From positions 96,001-160,000 of the forward strand of contig CAWKNZ010000010.1 of assembly GCA_963851265.1 (NCBI GenBank): 64,000 bases of DNA. Reading direction: 5' to 3'. Source of the stretch: an uncultured Gemmatimonadales bacterium (GTDB taxonomy: Bacteria > Gemmatimonadota > Gemmatimonadetes > Gemmatimonadales > Gemmatimonadaceae). Under the pieces are notes generated by a model. The model was given only the letters and a program-made list of their open reading frames with translations, had not been told where the DNA came from and ran no database searches. Of the stretch, positions 48,100 to 58,938 are shown piece after piece. Position numbers and translations under genes: made by a program. The first letter of the stretch is position 1, and each line of letters opens with the position of its first letter.

Positions 48100-48887
48100 T
48101 GCAGGCGACCGGGCGCGCACCGGCCGACGCGTTAGGCTCCACGATGGGCGGCGGCTACGCCGAACGGCGCGGGCGGGTGCAGGAGTACTTCGACCACACC
48201 GCCGCCGGCGCGTGGGCGCGCCTCACGGGCGACGCGCCCGTGAGCGGCGTGCGCGCGACCGTGCGCGAGGGGCGCGCGCGCATGCGGGCGCAGCTGCTCG
48301 CGTGGCTGCCGACCGATCTCGCCGGCGCGCGCGTGCTCGACGCGGGGTGCGGGCCCGGCGCGCTCTCGACGGAGCTCGCCGCGCGCGGCGCGCACGTCAC
48401 CGCGGTCGACCTCTCGCCGACGCTCGTCGCGCTCGCGCGCGAGCGCGCCGGCGGGTATCCTGGGGCGAAGCACATTACCTGGCGCGTGGGCGACATGCTC
48501 GACCCCGCGCTCGGCCGACACGACTACGTGGTCGCCATGGACTCACTGCTCTACTACGACGCGCCCGAGGCGGCGCGCGCGCTGGCCCTGTTCGCGGCCG
48601 GTGCGACGCGCGCGGTGCTCGCCACCTTCGCGCCGGCCACGCCGCTGCTGCGTGCGATGCACGCGACGGGGCGGCTGTTCCCGCGCGGCGACCGCGCGCC
48701 GGCGATCGAGCCCGTGGGCGAGGGCGCGCTGCGTGCGGCCGTCGGCACGCTGGTTCAGGCCGACACGCGGCTCGCCGCGTGGCGGTGGGCGCGCTCGGCG
48801 CGGGTCGCGCGCGGCTTCTACACGTCGCAGGCGCTGGAGCTGCGCCGCGACCACGGTTCGGCTACCACCCTGGAGGACGTTGCATGA
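48099..48887 (+). CDS. bchM: Mg-protoporphyrin IX methyltransferase
   Basis: YFD.TA..AW.RLT.DAPVS.VRATVREGR, VLDAGCG.G, GDMLDP, MDSL.YY, GFYTSQALEL. Confidence 0.95.
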
Positions 48888-49231
48888 GTGCCCCCGTCGG
48901 TTCCGCCCTCGTCGCCGCCGGCGTGCTCGCGGCCGCGCTGCCCCTCGCCGGCTGGTTCGCCGTGCGGCGTCGCGAGGAGGTGCCGTGTACGCTGGACCTC
49001 GAGAGCACCCCCGAGCACTTCCACGCGCACGCGGTGCTCGACGGGGCGGTGGTCCGCGAGGGCGACGCCGTGCAGCTGTTCGACGCGCCGACGCACATCG
49101 CGCCGGGTGAGAAGCGGGTGGTGCACACCCGGGCGTCGGTCGCGCACGCCAGCGCGCCGCGCCGGTGGTGGACGCGGGCCGTGGGGGTGAGCGAGATCAG
49201 CTCGCTCTACGAAGTCGGCTTCGAAGGCTGA
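48884..49231 (+). CDS. BciE-like cyclase accessory protein with N-terminal TM segment
   Basis: Directly upstream of acs[21 protein letters not shown]...GD.V...AP...W.R....E...LYEVGF resembles, from recall, the acsF-linked BciE of purple bacteria. Confidence 0.65.
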   Translation: MSAPVGSALVAAGVLAAALPLAGWFAVRRREEVPCTLDLESTPEHFHAHAVLDGAVVREGDAVQLFDAPTHIAPGEKRVVHTRASVAHASAPRRWWTRAVGVSEISSLYEVGFEG

Positions 49232-49245
49232 CGGGGAACCGGCGC

Positions 49246-50394
49246 ATGTACGACGTCACCCAGGGGCCGCGCGCGGAGTTCACGACGTTCGCGCCGCCGG
49301 CCGCGGACACGCCCGAGGCGATGGCGGCCGCCGCGACGCCGACCGGCGCGCGCGGCCTCAACGAGTCCACGCGACAGGCGCAGGAGGACGCGGTCCTCAC
49401 GCCGCGCTTCTACACCACGGACTTCGCCGAGCTGGACCGACTGCAGGTCGAGCGGCACCGCGCCCTCTGGGACGCGATGGTCGACGAGTTCCGGCGCGAC
49501 CCGAACAAGGACCACTTCAAGCGCAACGCCGAGTTCGACGCCGACTTCTCCGACATGGACCCGGCGCTCCGGCGCCAGTTCGTCGACTTCCTCGTCAGCT
49601 CCGTCACGGCGGAGTTCTCGGGGTGCGTGCTGTACGCCGAGATCAAGAAGCGCGTCACGAACCCGGACGTGCGCGAGCTGTTCGGTTTCATGAGCCGGGA
49701 CGAGGGGCGGCACGCGGGGTTCATCAACCACGTGCTCAAGGATTTCGACGTCGCCGTCGACCTGAGCTTCCTCACGAAGGCCAAGAAGTACACGTACTTC
49801 AAGCCGAAATTCATCTATTACGCGACGTACCTGAGCGAGAAGATCGGCTACGCCCGGTACATCACGATCTTCCGCAATTTCGAGCGGCAGCCGGAGCGGC
49901 GCTTCCACCCGATCTTCAAGTGGTTCGAGAACTGGTGTCACGACGAGTTCCGCCACGGCGAGGCGTTCGCGGTGTTGATGCGGGCCAACCCCGAGACGCT
50001 GTCGGGCGTGAACAGGCTCTGGATCCGCTTCTTCCTCACCGCCGTGTTCGCGACGATGTACGTGCGCGACCACCTGCGCCGCCCGTTCTTCGAGGCGATG
50101 GGGCTGGACGTGGACGACTACGACCGCCGCGTGCTCGCGCTGACCAACACGATCAGCCGCCAGGTCTTTCCCGTCGTGCTCGACCTCGACAACGACCGGC
50201 TGTGGGCGCTGTTCGCCAGGCTGCACCGGAACACGGAGGCGATCGGCGCGGCGGTCAAGGCGGGCGGGGTCGTGAACAAGGTGCGGACCGCCGCACTCCG
50301 GCTGGACTGCGCCGTGACGTTCGCGCGCGCGTACCTGCAGCGTCCCGTGCGCAACGCGTTGCCGGCGGACGTCCGCCTGCAGCCGGTGTGGTGA
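49246..50394 (+). CDS. acsF: O2-dependent Mg-protoporphyrin IX monomethyl ester cyclase
   Basis: [50 protein letters not shown] diiron motifs. Confidence 0.96.
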   Translation: MYDVTQGPRAEFTTFAPPAADTPEAMAAAATPTGARGLNESTRQAQEDAVLTPRFYTTDFAELDRLQVERHRALWDAMVDEFRRDPNKDHFKRNAEFDADFSDMDPALRRQFVDFLVSSVTAEFSGCVLYAEIKKRVTNPDVRELFGFMSRDEGRHAGFINHVLKDFDVAVDLSFLTKAKKYTYFKPKFIYYATYLSEKIGYARYITIFRNFERQPERRFHPIFKWFENWCHDEFRHGEAFAVLMRANPETLSGVNRLWIRFFLTAVFATMYVRDHLRRPFFEAMGLDVDDYDRRVLALTNTISRQVFPVVLDLDNDRLWALFARLHRNTEAIGAAVKAGGVVNKVRTAALRLDCAVTFARAYLQRPVRNALPADVRLQPVW

Positions 50395-50401
50395 CGGCGC
50401 G

Positions 50402-51865
50402 ATGAGCGCGGCGCCCGGCGCGTGGACGCGCGGCTGGATGCAAATCGGTGCGCGGTGGCTCCCGTTCGCCGACGCGGCGTCGGCGGAGCTGCCGTTAGGC
50501 CGCCTGCTGCGCCTCGGGCTGTTCCAGGTCACCGTGGGCGCGGCGCTTACGCTGCTCACGGGCACGCTCAACCGCGTGATGATCGTGGAACTGCGCGTGC
50601 CGGCGTCGGTGGTCGGCTGGATGCTCGCGTTGCCGCTGTTCGTCGCGCCGTTCCGCGCCCTCGTCGGGCACCGGTCGGACGTGTACGCCTCGGTGCTCGG
50701 CTGGCGGCGCGTGCCGTACGTGTGGTTCGGCACGCTGATGTCGTGGGGCGGACTCGCGATCCTGCCGTTCGCGCTGATTCTGCTGTCGGGCGACACGCAC
50801 GGGTCGCGTGCGGCGGCGGTGACGGCGAGCGCGCTCGCGTTCTTCCTCGTGGGCGCGGGCATGCACACCACGCAGACGGCGGGGCTCGCGCTCGCGACCG
50901 ACCTCGCGCCCGAGTCGGCGCGGCCGCGCGTGGTCGCCCTGCTCTACCTCATGCTGCTCGTCGGCACGTTCGTGAGCGCGCTCGCCTTCGGCGCCCTCCT
51001 GCGCGACTTCTCGCAGATCCGTCTGATCCAGGTGATTCAGGGGACGGCGGTGGTCACGCTGGCGCTCAACGTCGTCGCGCTCTGGAAGCAGGAGCCGCGG
51101 CGACCGATGACGCGCGCGCAGGCGGCGGCGGTGCCGCGGCCGCCGTTCCGGGCGCGGTGGCGGGCGTTCGTCGGCGCGGGGCGTGCGGCGCGGCTGCTCG
51201 CCGCGGTCGGGTTGGGCACGTTCGCCTTCAACCTGCAGGACGTGCTGCTCGAGCCGTACGGCGGCGAGGTCCTGCACCTGTCGGTCGCGGGAACCACCGC
51301 GCTCACGGCGCTGTTTGCCGCGGGCATGATCGCGGCGTTCGGCGTGAGCGCGCGCGCGCTCGAACGGGGCCGCGACCCGATCCGCGTCGCCGCCGCCGGC
51401 ATCGGGTGCGGGATGCTCGGGTTCGTGGCCGTGATCTTCGCCTCGCCACTCGCGGACGTGACGCTGTTCCGCATCGGAAGCGCGCTGATCGGCTTCGGCG
51501 AAGGGTGCTTCGCGGTCGGCACGCTGACGAGCGCGATGGGCCTGCGCACCACGTGCGACGAGCACGGCATCGCGCTCGGCGCGTGGGGTGCGGTGTTCGC
51601 GACGAGCGAGGGCGCGGCGCTCGCGCTCAGCGGCGTGGTCAAGGACGCGATCGCGGCGCTCGTGCGCGGCGGCGTGCTCACGGGCGGGATGGCCGCCCCT
51701 AGCGTGCCGTACAGCGTCGTGTACCACGCCGAGGTCGGGTTGCTGTTCGCGACGCTGGTCGCGCTCGGGCCGCTCGTCGCTCGGCGGGGCGCGCTCCGGC
51801 CCGCGGCGGCCGCCTCCGCCGGCCCGCGCCCGCGCTTCGGCCTCGCCGAGCTGCCCGGCAGTTAG
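50402..51865 (+). CDS. lhaA: BCD-family MFS LH1 assembly protein (LhaA/PucC)
   Basis: LPFADAASAELPL.RLLRL.LFQ, GTLNRVMIVEL, GWRRVPY, QDVLLEPYGG, ALGAWGAV. Confidence 0.92.
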   Translation: MSAAPGAWTRGWMQIGARWLPFADAASAELPLGRLLRLGLFQVTVGAALTLLTGTLNRVMIVELRVPASVVGWMLALPLFVAPFRALVGHRSDVYASVLGWRRVPYVWFGTLMSWGGLAILPFALILLSGDTHGSRAAAVTASALAFFLVGAGMHTTQTAGLALATDLAPESARPRVVALLYLMLLVGTFVSALAFGALLRDFSQIRLIQVIQGTAVVTLALNVVALWKQEPRRPMTRAQAAAVPRPPFRARWRAFVGAGRAARLLAAVGLGTFAFNLQDVLLEPYGGEVLHLSVAGTTALTALFAAGMIAAFGVSARALERGRDPIRVAAAGIGCGMLGFVAVIFASPLADVTLFRIGSALIGFGEGCFAVGTLTSAMGLRTTCDEHGIALGAWGAVFATSEGAALALSGVVKDAIAALVRGGVLTGGMAAPSVPYSVVYHAEVGLLFATLVALGPLVARRGALRPAAAASAGPRPRFGLAELPGS

Positions 51866-51919
51866 GCACTTCCCCTTCGGCGCTCCGCCGTCCCCTTCCC
51901 CACTCGGAGGCTCGTCCCC

Positions 51920-52225
51920 ATGCACTTCGCACGCTCGATCGACGTCGCCCAGGTCGCGATCTACGCGTTCTGGCTCTTCTTCGCCGGCCTCGTCTACTAC
52001 CTGCGCCGCGAGGACAAGCGCGAGGGGTACCCGATGGTCTCGGACGGGCCGGGGGGCGTGATCCAGGGGTACCCGCGCACGCCGGGACCGAAGCGCTTCA
52101 TCCACCGGCCGCTCCACGCCGACGTGCCCTTCGGCAGCTCGGCCGCCACCCCGGCGTCCGTCGCCGCGACGTCCAGCGCGCCGCCGCCCCCGGCCGACTA
52201 CCCCGCCGCGCCGCCCACCGCCTAA
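51920..52225 (+). CDS. puhA: Reaction centre H subunit, N-terminal TM polypeptide (Ht)
   Basis: [40 protein letters not shown]; ends at TAA 52223-52225. Confidence 0.88.
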   Translation: MHFARSIDVAQVAIYAFWLFFAGLVYYLRREDKREGYPMVSDGPGGVIQGYPRTPGPKRFIHRPLHADVPFGSSAATPASVAATSSAPPPPADYPAAPPTA

Positions 52226-52249
52226 CGTACCCGCCACCGGAGCCCCGCC

Positions 52250-52816
52250 ATGGCCACCGCCGCCAACCCCGTCACCTACGCCCCCGCGCTCGCCCAGCCC
52301 GGCGCGCCGCTGCAACCCGAGGGCGACCCGATGCTGAGCGGCCTCGGGCCGTCCGCGTGGGCCAACCGCGCCGACGTGCCCGACACGACCGTGCACGGCG
52401 ACCCGAAGATCGTCCCGATGCGCGCCGCGCCCAACTTCTACATCGAGCCGCGCGACCCCGACCCGCGCGGGATGCGCATGCTCGGCTGCGACGACGAGGT
52501 CGCGGGGATCATCGCGGACGTGTGGGTCGACCGCGCGGAGCCGACGGTGCGGTACTTCGAGGTCGAACTGCCGGCCGGCACCGCGGCCGCCGAGGGGGGG
52601 CGAGGGCGCCGCGTGCTGATTCCGTCGACCGTGTGCAAGATCGACCGTCGGCGTGCCGTGGTCCGTACGAAGTCGATCCTGGCGCACCAGTTCGCCAACG
52701 TGCCGGGCACGCGCGCGCCGGACCGCGTGACGTTCCTCGAAGAGGACAAGATCATGGCGTACTACGCGGGCGGCTATCTGTACGCCACGCGGTCACGGTC
52801 GGAGCCGATCCTGTGA
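52250..52816 (+). CDS. puhA: Reaction centre H subunit, cytoplasmic PRC-barrel polypeptide (Hc)
   Basis: Own GGAG RBS and ATG; GAPL.P.GDPM..G.GP.AWA.R.D.PD, DPDPRGM, WVDRAE..VRYFEV, HQFA.VP, VT.LEEDKI.AYYAGG.LYA. Confidence 0.9.
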   Translation: MATAANPVTYAPALAQPGAPLQPEGDPMLSGLGPSAWANRADVPDTTVHGDPKIVPMRAAPNFYIEPRDPDPRGMRMLGCDDEVAGIIADVWVDRAEPTVRYFEVELPAGTAAAEGGRGRRVLIPSTVCKIDRRRAVVRTKSILAHQFANVPGTRAPDRVTFLEEDKIMAYYAGGYLYATRSRSEPIL

Positions 52817-53535
52817 CCACGGCGCGCCTCGACTCGGCGCGCGAGAAGGCGGCGCGCGCGGACGCGGTGCGCGTCGACGCCCAGGGCCGCGCGTGGCTGC
52901 CCGGGTTCGGGGAGCCGCTGCCCGCCGGCGAGCGCGTGCTCTGGGCCGGGCGACCCGACGCCGCGGCACTCGCGCGCCGTGCGCTCCACGTGCGCGGGCT
53001 CGCCGTCTACTTCGCGCTCCTCACGGCGCTCACGTTCTCGGTGCGCTGGCGGATGGCCGGCACGCCGGTGGCCGTGGTCGACGCGCTGACCGTGGCGGCG
53101 ATGGGCGCGGCGGTGCTCGTCTTCGCGCGCGTGTACGCGACCGTGGTCGCACGCGCGACGCTCTACGCGGTGACCGACCGTCGCGTGGTCCTGCGCGTCG
53201 GCGTGGCGGTGCCGGCGGTGCTCAACATCCCGCTCGACCGCGTCACGTCGGTCGACCTGCGGCGCGGGCGCGACGGGGCCGGCGACGTGGAGGTCACACT
53301 CGGCGGCGACGCGCGCATCGCCTACCTGCTGCTCTGGCCGCACGCGCGGCCCTGGCACATCACCCGCACGCGGCCCACGTTCCGCGGCCTGCGCGACGCG
53401 GGAGCCGCGGGAATGGCGCTGGCCGACGTGGTGCGGGCCGCTCAGTCCGCACGTGAGGAGTCGAGCGTCGCGCCGCCCGCGGTGGACGCCGCGGCGACGC
53501 AGCCGGAGCCCACACGCCGCGTGAAGGCCGCGTGA
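52813..53535 (+). CDS. puhB: Photosynthetic complex assembly protein PuhB
   Basis: LP.GERVLW.GRP, LH...LAVYF, TLYAVTDRRVVLRVGVA, YLLLWPHARPW. Confidence 0.9.
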   Translation: MTTARLDSAREKAARADAVRVDAQGRAWLPGFGEPLPAGERVLWAGRPDAAALARRALHVRGLAVYFALLTALTFSVRWRMAGTPVAVVDALTVAAMGAAVLVFARVYATVVARATLYAVTDRRVVLRVGVAVPAVLNIPLDRVTSVDLRRGRDGAGDVEVTLGGDARIAYLLLWPHARPWHITRTRPTFRGLRDAGAAGMALADVVRAAQSAREESSVAPPAVDAAATQPEPTRRVKAA

Positions 53536-54125
53536 GCGGGGGGGTGGCGGTGCGGATCGCAGGAGGACCGGCGGGCGGCGGACGCAGCGGGCGCGACGGA
53601 CAGTCGGGCGGCCGCGGCCTCGACGACCTCCCGCGCGAGGCGGGCGGACCGTCGCCCCCGCGCCCCGTGTTGATCGCAGCGGGCGTGCTGGCAGTCGCGA
53701 CCATCATCGGCGCCGGGGTGGCGCGACGGACCGGGGCGGGGCACGTCGAGCCACCGCGCTCGTCGGTCGCCGCCTCGCGCGATCTGTGGTTCGATGACGC
53801 GCCGGGGGGCGTGGTCATCGTGCGCACGCACACGGCCGCCGGCGTCGACTCGACGGTGGCGACGCTGCACTCGGGCGAGGGGATGTTCGTGCGCGGCACG
53901 CTTCGGGCGCTGGCCCGCGGCCGGCGACTCGGCGCGTCGGCGACCGACGCCGATGCGGCGACGGCCGTGTCGCATGCGCCGTTCCGCCTCACGCGCTACG
54001 CCGACGGACGGCTCACGCTCGACGACTCGTCCACCGGCGCGCATCTCGAGTTGCGCGCGTACGGGCCGACGAACGCGGCGGCGTTCGCGGGGCTACTGCC
54101 CGCCGCGCCCGATTCGGCGCGCTGA
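53532..54125 (+). CDS. puhC: Photosynthetic complex assembly protein PuhC
   Basis: TM segment, L.F.D...G, FVRGTLRALARGR, PF.LTR..DGRL.L.D..TG..LEL.AYGPTN..AF. Confidence 0.85.
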   Translation: MSGGVAVRIAGGPAGGGRSGRDGQSGGRGLDDLPREAGGPSPPRPVLIAAGVLAVATIIGAGVARRTGAGHVEPPRSSVAASRDLWFDDAPGGVVIVRTHTAAGVDSTVATLHSGEGMFVRGTLRALARGRRLGASATDADAATAVSHAPFRLTRYADGRLTLDDSSTGAHLELRAYGPTNAAAFAGLLPAAPDSAR

Positions 54126-54140
54126 GGGGGAACGCTCGCG

Positions 54141-54695
54141 ATGCCCGACACCGCGCCGGACCTCGCCGGCCACCCGGAGCGGCAGACGCGTGCGGCGGCT
54201 CCGTCATGGGGCGCCATCGCGCTGTTCGGCGCGCTGACCGTCGTCGGCGTCGTTGCGGCGAACGTGGGCTCGGGCGCCGCGCGCCCGAGCACGTATCGCT
54301 GGTGGCGGTCGCTGGACAAACCGTCGTACACGCCGCCCGATCCCGTCATTCCCGCCGTCTGGAGCGTGATGTACACGCTCGCGGCGGTGTCCGCGGCGCG
54401 GGTCTGGCGGGCGGGGCCGGATGCCGACCGGCCGCGTGCGCTGGCGCGGTGGGGCGTTCAGCTTGGGCTGAACGGGCTCTGGACGCGACTGTTCTTCGGC
54501 CACCGCCGGCCCGACCTCGCGCTCGTCGACTCCGCCGCGCTGTTCGGGGCAGTCGCGGCGTACGCACGCGCCGCGGATCAGGTGGACCGGCCCGCGGCGC
54601 AGCTCATGCTGCCGTACCTCGGGTGGGTCGGGTTCGCGACGGTGCTGAACGCGGACCTCGCGCTCCGGAACGCGACGCCAGACTCGGGCGCCTAA
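54141..54695 (+). CDS. tspO: TspO/MBR tryptophan-rich sensory protein
   Basis: WW.SLDKPSYTPP, VWSVMY, QLGLNGLWT.LFFG, L.LPYLGWVGFA.VLN. Confidence 0.9.
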   Translation: MPDTAPDLAGHPERQTRAAAPSWGAIALFGALTVVGVVAANVGSGAARPSTYRWWRSLDKPSYTPPDPVIPAVWSVMYTLAAVSAARVWRAGPDADRPRALARWGVQLGLNGLWTRLFFGHRRPDLALVDSAALFGAVAAYARAADQVDRPAAQLMLPYLGWVGFATVLNADLALRNATPDSGA

Positions 54696-54988
54696 CGAAG
54701 GCGGTCGGGGCGCGGGGCGCGCGTTCGGGCGTACGCGCTCCCAACGTGCGCGACGTTCGCCACGCCGGCGGCCGCGAGGGCCGCCAGTGTGACCCAGGCC
54801 GGCCATCCGGCGAGCACCGCACGGAGCGCGACGAGGAGTCCGGCGCCCGCCCCGGCGAACGACAGCACGAACCCCGCCCCGGGCGCCCCCGTCCGGCGCC
54901 CCCGCCACGCGAGCCAGAGTGACTCGAGGGCGAGCAGCGCGAGGACGGCGTCGACGAGGGCGGGGCGGAGGAGCGCGGCCGCGGTCAC
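54692..54988 (-). CDS. Small membrane protein (about 3 TM) downstream of pufC
   Basis: 98 aa, hydrophobic; VDAVLALLALE...GLLVALRAVLAGW; stop overlaps the tspO stop. Confidence 0.6.
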   Translation of the reverse strand: MTAAALLRPALVDAVLALLALESLWLAWRGRRTGAPGAGFVLSFAGAGAGLLVALRAVLAGWPAWVTLAALAAAGVANVAHVGSAYARTRAPRPDRLR

Positions 54989-55064
54989 GCGGCCACGCTC
55001 ACGGCACCACGCTCACCCAACCGCGCTCACAGCGGCGTGCCGGCCATGCCCCGATCGCGATGCG

Positions 55065-56342
55065 CTACCGCGAGGCGTACCGCGAGGCGGCACGAGCGGC
55101 CGGGGGCGGGCCGACCCGCGATGCGAGTCGTGCTCCCGCCACCGGTCCGATGGGCGTTGGGCGCACGGTCAGCAACTGCTCCGCCGCGTCGAGCCCCGAG
55201 ACCTGGGCCGCCGCACCCGGAGCGACCGAAACCGCCGCGGCCGCGGCCGCGCGCGGCGGTACCGGCGCGGGTCGCGAGCGCGGGTACGGGTCCGGAGACG
55301 GCAGCGACGACGAGTCGGTCGGGATCTTGTCGACCGCGTCGCGCCGGTCGACGATGCCGTCGAACGACGTGTCCGCCGGCGTGTGCGCGTCCCACGGCCC
55401 GGGGTGGCCCCAGAGCGCCGGATAGTCCTTGACCATGCTCACGCCCGCGAGCGGCTTGTGCACGCCGTTGTGACACGTGGCGCAACCGACCATCGGCGGG
55501 TCGCCGCGCTCGCCCAGCCGCACGGCGGGGAGGACGGTGCCGAGCGGGCCGACGTACGTCTGGTTGATGTGGCGCGTCATGCGCAGCCCGTAGAGCGCCG
55601 ACACGCGCGTCCAGGGCGCGTTCTGCCAGCTCGCCCACGAGCGGCTGTTGTGGCAGAACGTGCAGTTGACGCCTAACGAGTTGCTCATGTTGATCATGAG
55701 CGCGTACGTCCACTCGGCCTGCCGGACCGACGAGTAGTTCGCGTTGGTCGGCGGCGCGGTGTACGACTGCACCCGGACGTCCGACCGGTCGAGGTAGGCG
55801 CGGAGGTACTGGTTCTCGTTGGTCTGGTGCCAGAGCCCCGCGCGCGGCACCGGGGCCCCGTAGTGGCACGTGTAGCACGTGACGCCGGTGACCCGCACGT
55901 GCGCGCGCCAGTTGGTGTTGATGTCGCGCGTCATCAGCAGCATGCGGCGCGAGACCACCTTGGCGTACTTCTCGTCCGAGGCGTAATTGGCGGGGTTGTG
56001 GCAGTAGATGCACCCGGCCTGCGACCCCGTCTTCGGCGCCACCCAGTTGGTCATCGCCTGCATGGTGCGCGTGAACTCGCCCGCGGGCAGGTTCACGAGC
56101 ACCTGGACGTTTTGCCAGTTGCCGACCGGTGTGTTGGGCGGCGCCGGCGGCAGCGGCGGCAGCGCGACGTTGCGCGAGAGGACCTCGCGTTCGTTGCGGA
56201 CGTCGATGTTCTGCTCTTCGGCGACCCCGCGATAGCCGAGTTGCGCCGTTTCCTTCTTCCCCAGCTGGCACGCCGCGAGTGCGGCGGCGGCCAGGGGGAA
56301 GGTGACGGCCGACCACGCGCGGGCGGTCATGCGGATGGTCAT
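55065..56342 (-). CDS. pufC: RC-bound tetraheme cytochrome c subunit (lipoprotein)
   Basis: LAAC lipobox; four CXXCH motifs (CIYCH, CYTCH, CTFCH, CATCH); Pro/Ala-rich C-terminal tail. Confidence 0.95.
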   Translation of the reverse strand: MTIRMTARAWSAVTFPLAAAALAACQLGKKETAQLGYRGVAEEQNIDVRNEREVLSRNVALPPLPPAPPNTPVGNWQNVQVLVNLPAGEFTRTMQAMTNWVAPKTGSQAGCIYCHNPANYASDEKYAKVVSRRMLLMTRDINTNWRAHVRVTGVTCYTCHYGAPVPRAGLWHQTNENQYLRAYLDRSDVRVQSYTAPPTNANYSSVRQAEWTYALMINMSNSLGVNCTFCHNSRSWASWQNAPWTRVSALYGLRMTRHINQTYVGPLGTVLPAVRLGERGDPPMVGCATCHNGVHKPLAGVSMVKDYPALWGHPGPWDAHTPADTSFDGIVDRRDAVDKIPTDSSSLPSPDPYPRSRPAPVPPRAAAAAAVSVAPGAAAQVSGLDAAEQLLTVRPTPIGPVAGARLASRVGPPPAARAASRYASR

Positions 56343-57799
56343 GGCGGCGTCCTCTGGGACTTCGGGGCCGGCGTCGTCCCCTGGGCGGGGACCTCGTTTC
56401 GCGCGGCGCCCGGCGGCGGCGTCACGCGCGGCTTCGCGGCCGCCGGGTTCTGCGGATAGTACGGGGCGGGCGCGCCTTTCGGCAGCGGGAGCGTGCCCGC
56501 GTTGGCAGGCGGCGCCGCACCCATCGGTTGTGCCGGGTTCAGCTTCCCGGGATACGGGGACGTCGTGGCCGGGCCCGCGGCGTTGGGCTGCGCGCTCGTG
56601 TTGGTGCTCGCGTTGGGCATCGCACCCGCCGCCGGATTCGCCGTCGTCGGCATCTGCACGACCGGCGTGTTCTGCTGCAGATGGCCGATGTGACCGCCCC
56701 GCGTCGCGCCCGGGAACGTGTCGGGCGGCGAGCCCTGGTAGTACCCGCGCAGGTCCTGCGCCTTACGCGGCGAGATCACGATCGTCGCGGGGTACTGCGG
56801 CGTGAGGCCGTGCTTCTGGCCCCACAGGTACCAGTTGTCGACCGCGGTGCCCGTCAGCAGGATCCCGATCGCGCCGGTGAACGTGGTGAGGAACGCGAAC
56901 CACCAGCTCCAGCGGTGGATGCTCTCCATCGTCGCGTTCCAGCCCATCGTCCAGCGCCAGAACAGCGCCGCGCGCTCGGTCGCGGTGCCGCGGTCGGTGA
57001 TCTGCTCGATCTCGCGCTCGCCGCCCAGGCGGCTCACGGCCAGGATGGTGGCACCGTGCATCGCGAAGAGCAGCGTCGACCCGTAGAGGAAGACGATGCT
57101 CAGCATGTGGAACGGGTTGTAGAACAGGTTCCCGTAGCGCAGGCTGAACGCGGCCGTCCAGTCGAGGTGCGGCAGGATGCCGAACGGCACCGCCTCGCCC
57201 CAGCTTCCCATCAGCAGCGGCCGGATGAAGCCGAGCGACAGGTAGAGGAAGATCGCCGAGGCGAACGCCCAGGGCAGGTGCGTGCCCAGCCCCAGCGCGC
57301 GCACGCGGCGGTAGGTGCGCACCCACCAGAGGATGATGCTCGTGGTGAGGAAGAACCCCGCCATGAGCCACCACCCGCCCTGGTTGAGCGGCGGGATGTG
57401 CAGCCCGTAGGCGGGCGGCGGCGGCTCGAGCGCGAGCCACGGGAGGCGTCGCACGAACTGGATCGGGTTCCAGTTCACCGACGCGAACATGTTGAGCCCG
57501 ATGATCTCGAAGGCCGCGAAGCCGAAGATCAGCGACGCGACGCCGGTCGCGCCCAGGTAGATGGGGCCGACCTGCGCGTCGCCGAGCTTGCCGAGCCAGT
57601 ACGAGAATCCCGGGGCGCCCTGGCGCACCCACGTGCGCTGCTCGATGGGCACGCCCCAGTCGGGGGCGGTGCGCACCTGCACGCTCGTGAACAGGTTCTG
57701 GTACTCGAGCCGCGGCAGGAATGCCGTGAGCGGGTCGAGCGGTTCGGGGGCCGCCGCCGGCGGCGCGCCGGCGGGCGTCGGCTGTGTGATGGTTGCCAT
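56339..57799 (-). CDS. pufM: Reaction centre M subunit with long N- and C-terminal extensions
   Basis: [61 protein letters not shown]. Confidence 0.98.
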   Translation of the reverse strand: MATITQPTPAGAPPAAAPEPLDPLTAFLPRLEYQNLFTSVQVRTAPDWGVPIEQRTWVRQGAPGFSYWLGKLGDAQVGPIYLGATGVASLIFGFAAFEIIGLNMFASVNWNPIQFVRRLPWLALEPPPPAYGLHIPPLNQGGWWLMAGFFLTTSIILWWVRTYRRVRALGLGTHLPWAFASAIFLYLSLGFIRPLLMGSWGEAVPFGILPHLDWTAAFSLRYGNLFYNPFHMLSIVFLYGSTLLFAMHGATILAVSRLGGEREIEQITDRGTATERAALFWRWTMGWNATMESIHRWSWWFAFLTTFTGAIGILLTGTAVDNWYLWGQKHGLTPQYPATIVISPRKAQDLRGYYQGSPPDTFPGATRGGHIGHLQQNTPVVQMPTTANPAAGAMPNASTNTSAQPNAAGPATTSPYPGKLNPAQPMGAAPPANAGTLPLPKGAPAPYYPQNPAAAKPRVTPPPGAARNEVPAQGTTPAPKSQRTPP

Positions 57800-57809
57800 G
57801 GCCGCTTCC

Positions 57810-58634
57810 TCAGCGCCAGATCGGGAGGTTGAGCCACCAGTCCCACCACTCCGGCCAGCCCTTGGTCCAGAGCGGCCCGCTCACCACGATGCAGAGGGCC
57901 GAGAAGATCCCGGCGCCTAACGCAAGGGCGAGTCCGAGGCGGTGGATGCCGACCGCGCCGATCGAGTAGCCGAGCACGTCGCGGAAGAAGGTGTTCTCGT
58001 GCTCGCTCGTCTTCACCGGCTCCCCCTTCTTGGGGTTCACCACGGAGAGGATGAGCGACCCGTGCATGGAGAGCGCGAGCGTCGTCGTGAAGAACAACGT
58101 CACCGCGATCATGTGCAACGGGTTGTAATGGAAGTGCAGGTACTGGTACCCGACGTTGCTCACCCAGTCGAGGTGGCTCAGGATGCCGTAGGGGAAGCCG
58201 TGTCCCCACGCGCCGAGCCAGACGGGGCGGATGACGACGAGCGTGACGTAGGCGAACACGGCCACGCCGTACGCCCAGGGGATGTGCATCCCCATGCCCA
58301 GCTTGCGCGAGATCTCGGCCTGCCGGAACGCCCAGCTCACGAACGCGCCGATCGCGGCGATCGTGATGAGCTGCCAGAGGCCGCCCTCACGGAGGGGGGC
58401 GAGGCCCAGTCCGTACTTGAGGTCGGGCGGGGCGATGTTGATCTGCCACAGGTCCCAGGTGCCGCCGATGGCCGCGCCCCAGACACAGAGCAGCGTCCCG
58501 ACGACGGCGAAGAAAATGGTGGTGACGCCGAAGAAGCCCACGTAGAACGGTCCGACCCAGAAATCGAACAGGTCGCCGCCGATCAGCGTGCCGCCCCGGA
58601 CGCGGTACTTGGCCTCGTAACTCAGCATGGCCAT
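57810..58634 (-). CDS. pufL: Reaction centre L subunit
   Basis: [56 protein letters not shown]. Confidence 0.98.
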   Translation of the reverse strand: MAMLSYEAKYRVRGGTLIGGDLFDFWVGPFYVGFFGVTTIFFAVVGTLLCVWGAAIGGTWDLWQINIAPPDLKYGLGLAPLREGGLWQLITIAAIGAFVSWAFRQAEISRKLGMGMHIPWAYGVAVFAYVTLVVIRPVWLGAWGHGFPYGILSHLDWVSNVGYQYLHFHYNPLHMIAVTLFFTTTLALSMHGSLILSVVNPKKGEPVKTSEHENTFFRDVLGYSIGAVGIHRLGLALALGAGIFSALCIVVSGPLWTKGWPEWWDWWLNLPIWR

Positions 58635-58709
58635 GTCGCAGGCCCTCCGCGTGGTGAACGAACGGGAAAAGAACGAAACGTGCTAGGGAGCGCGGGGCGG
58701 GGGGCCGCC

Positions 58710-58743
58710 CGGGGGGAGCACGCCGATGGGCGCGCCCCCCCCG
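58710..58743 (-). promoter_or_regulatory. pufA-pufL intercistronic RNA stem-loop
   Basis: 15-bp stem with a CAUC loop; two positions pair as G-U only on the mRNA (minus) strand. Confidence 0.7.
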
Positions 58744-58749
58744 CGGGGC

Positions 58750-58929
58750 TCATCGGCCGCCGGGCAGCGGCGAGATTTCCGCGGCCGACGCCCGGGCGTT
58801 GGCGTCGAGCCAGTTGTACCGGTTGGTGCTCAGGAGGATGAAGTGAATCACCAGCGCGAGCACGAACAGGAACGTGAACAGCGCGATGAGCGTGCGCCGC
58901 GGGTCGAAAAGCATCCAGACGCGATGCAT
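58750..58929 (-). CDS. pufA: LH1 alpha polypeptide
   Basis: Hand translation (not in ORF track): [66 protein letters not shown]. Confidence 0.95.
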   Translation of the reverse strand: MHRVWMLFDPRRTLIALFTFLFVLALVIHFILLSTNRYNWLDANARASAAEISPLPGGR

Positions 58930-58938
58930 GGCGGGCTC

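Noticed and set aside
51920..52816. puhA as a pseudogene
   Set aside because: Both halves have an RBS and intact motifs, and a split H subunit is known in Gemmatimonas.
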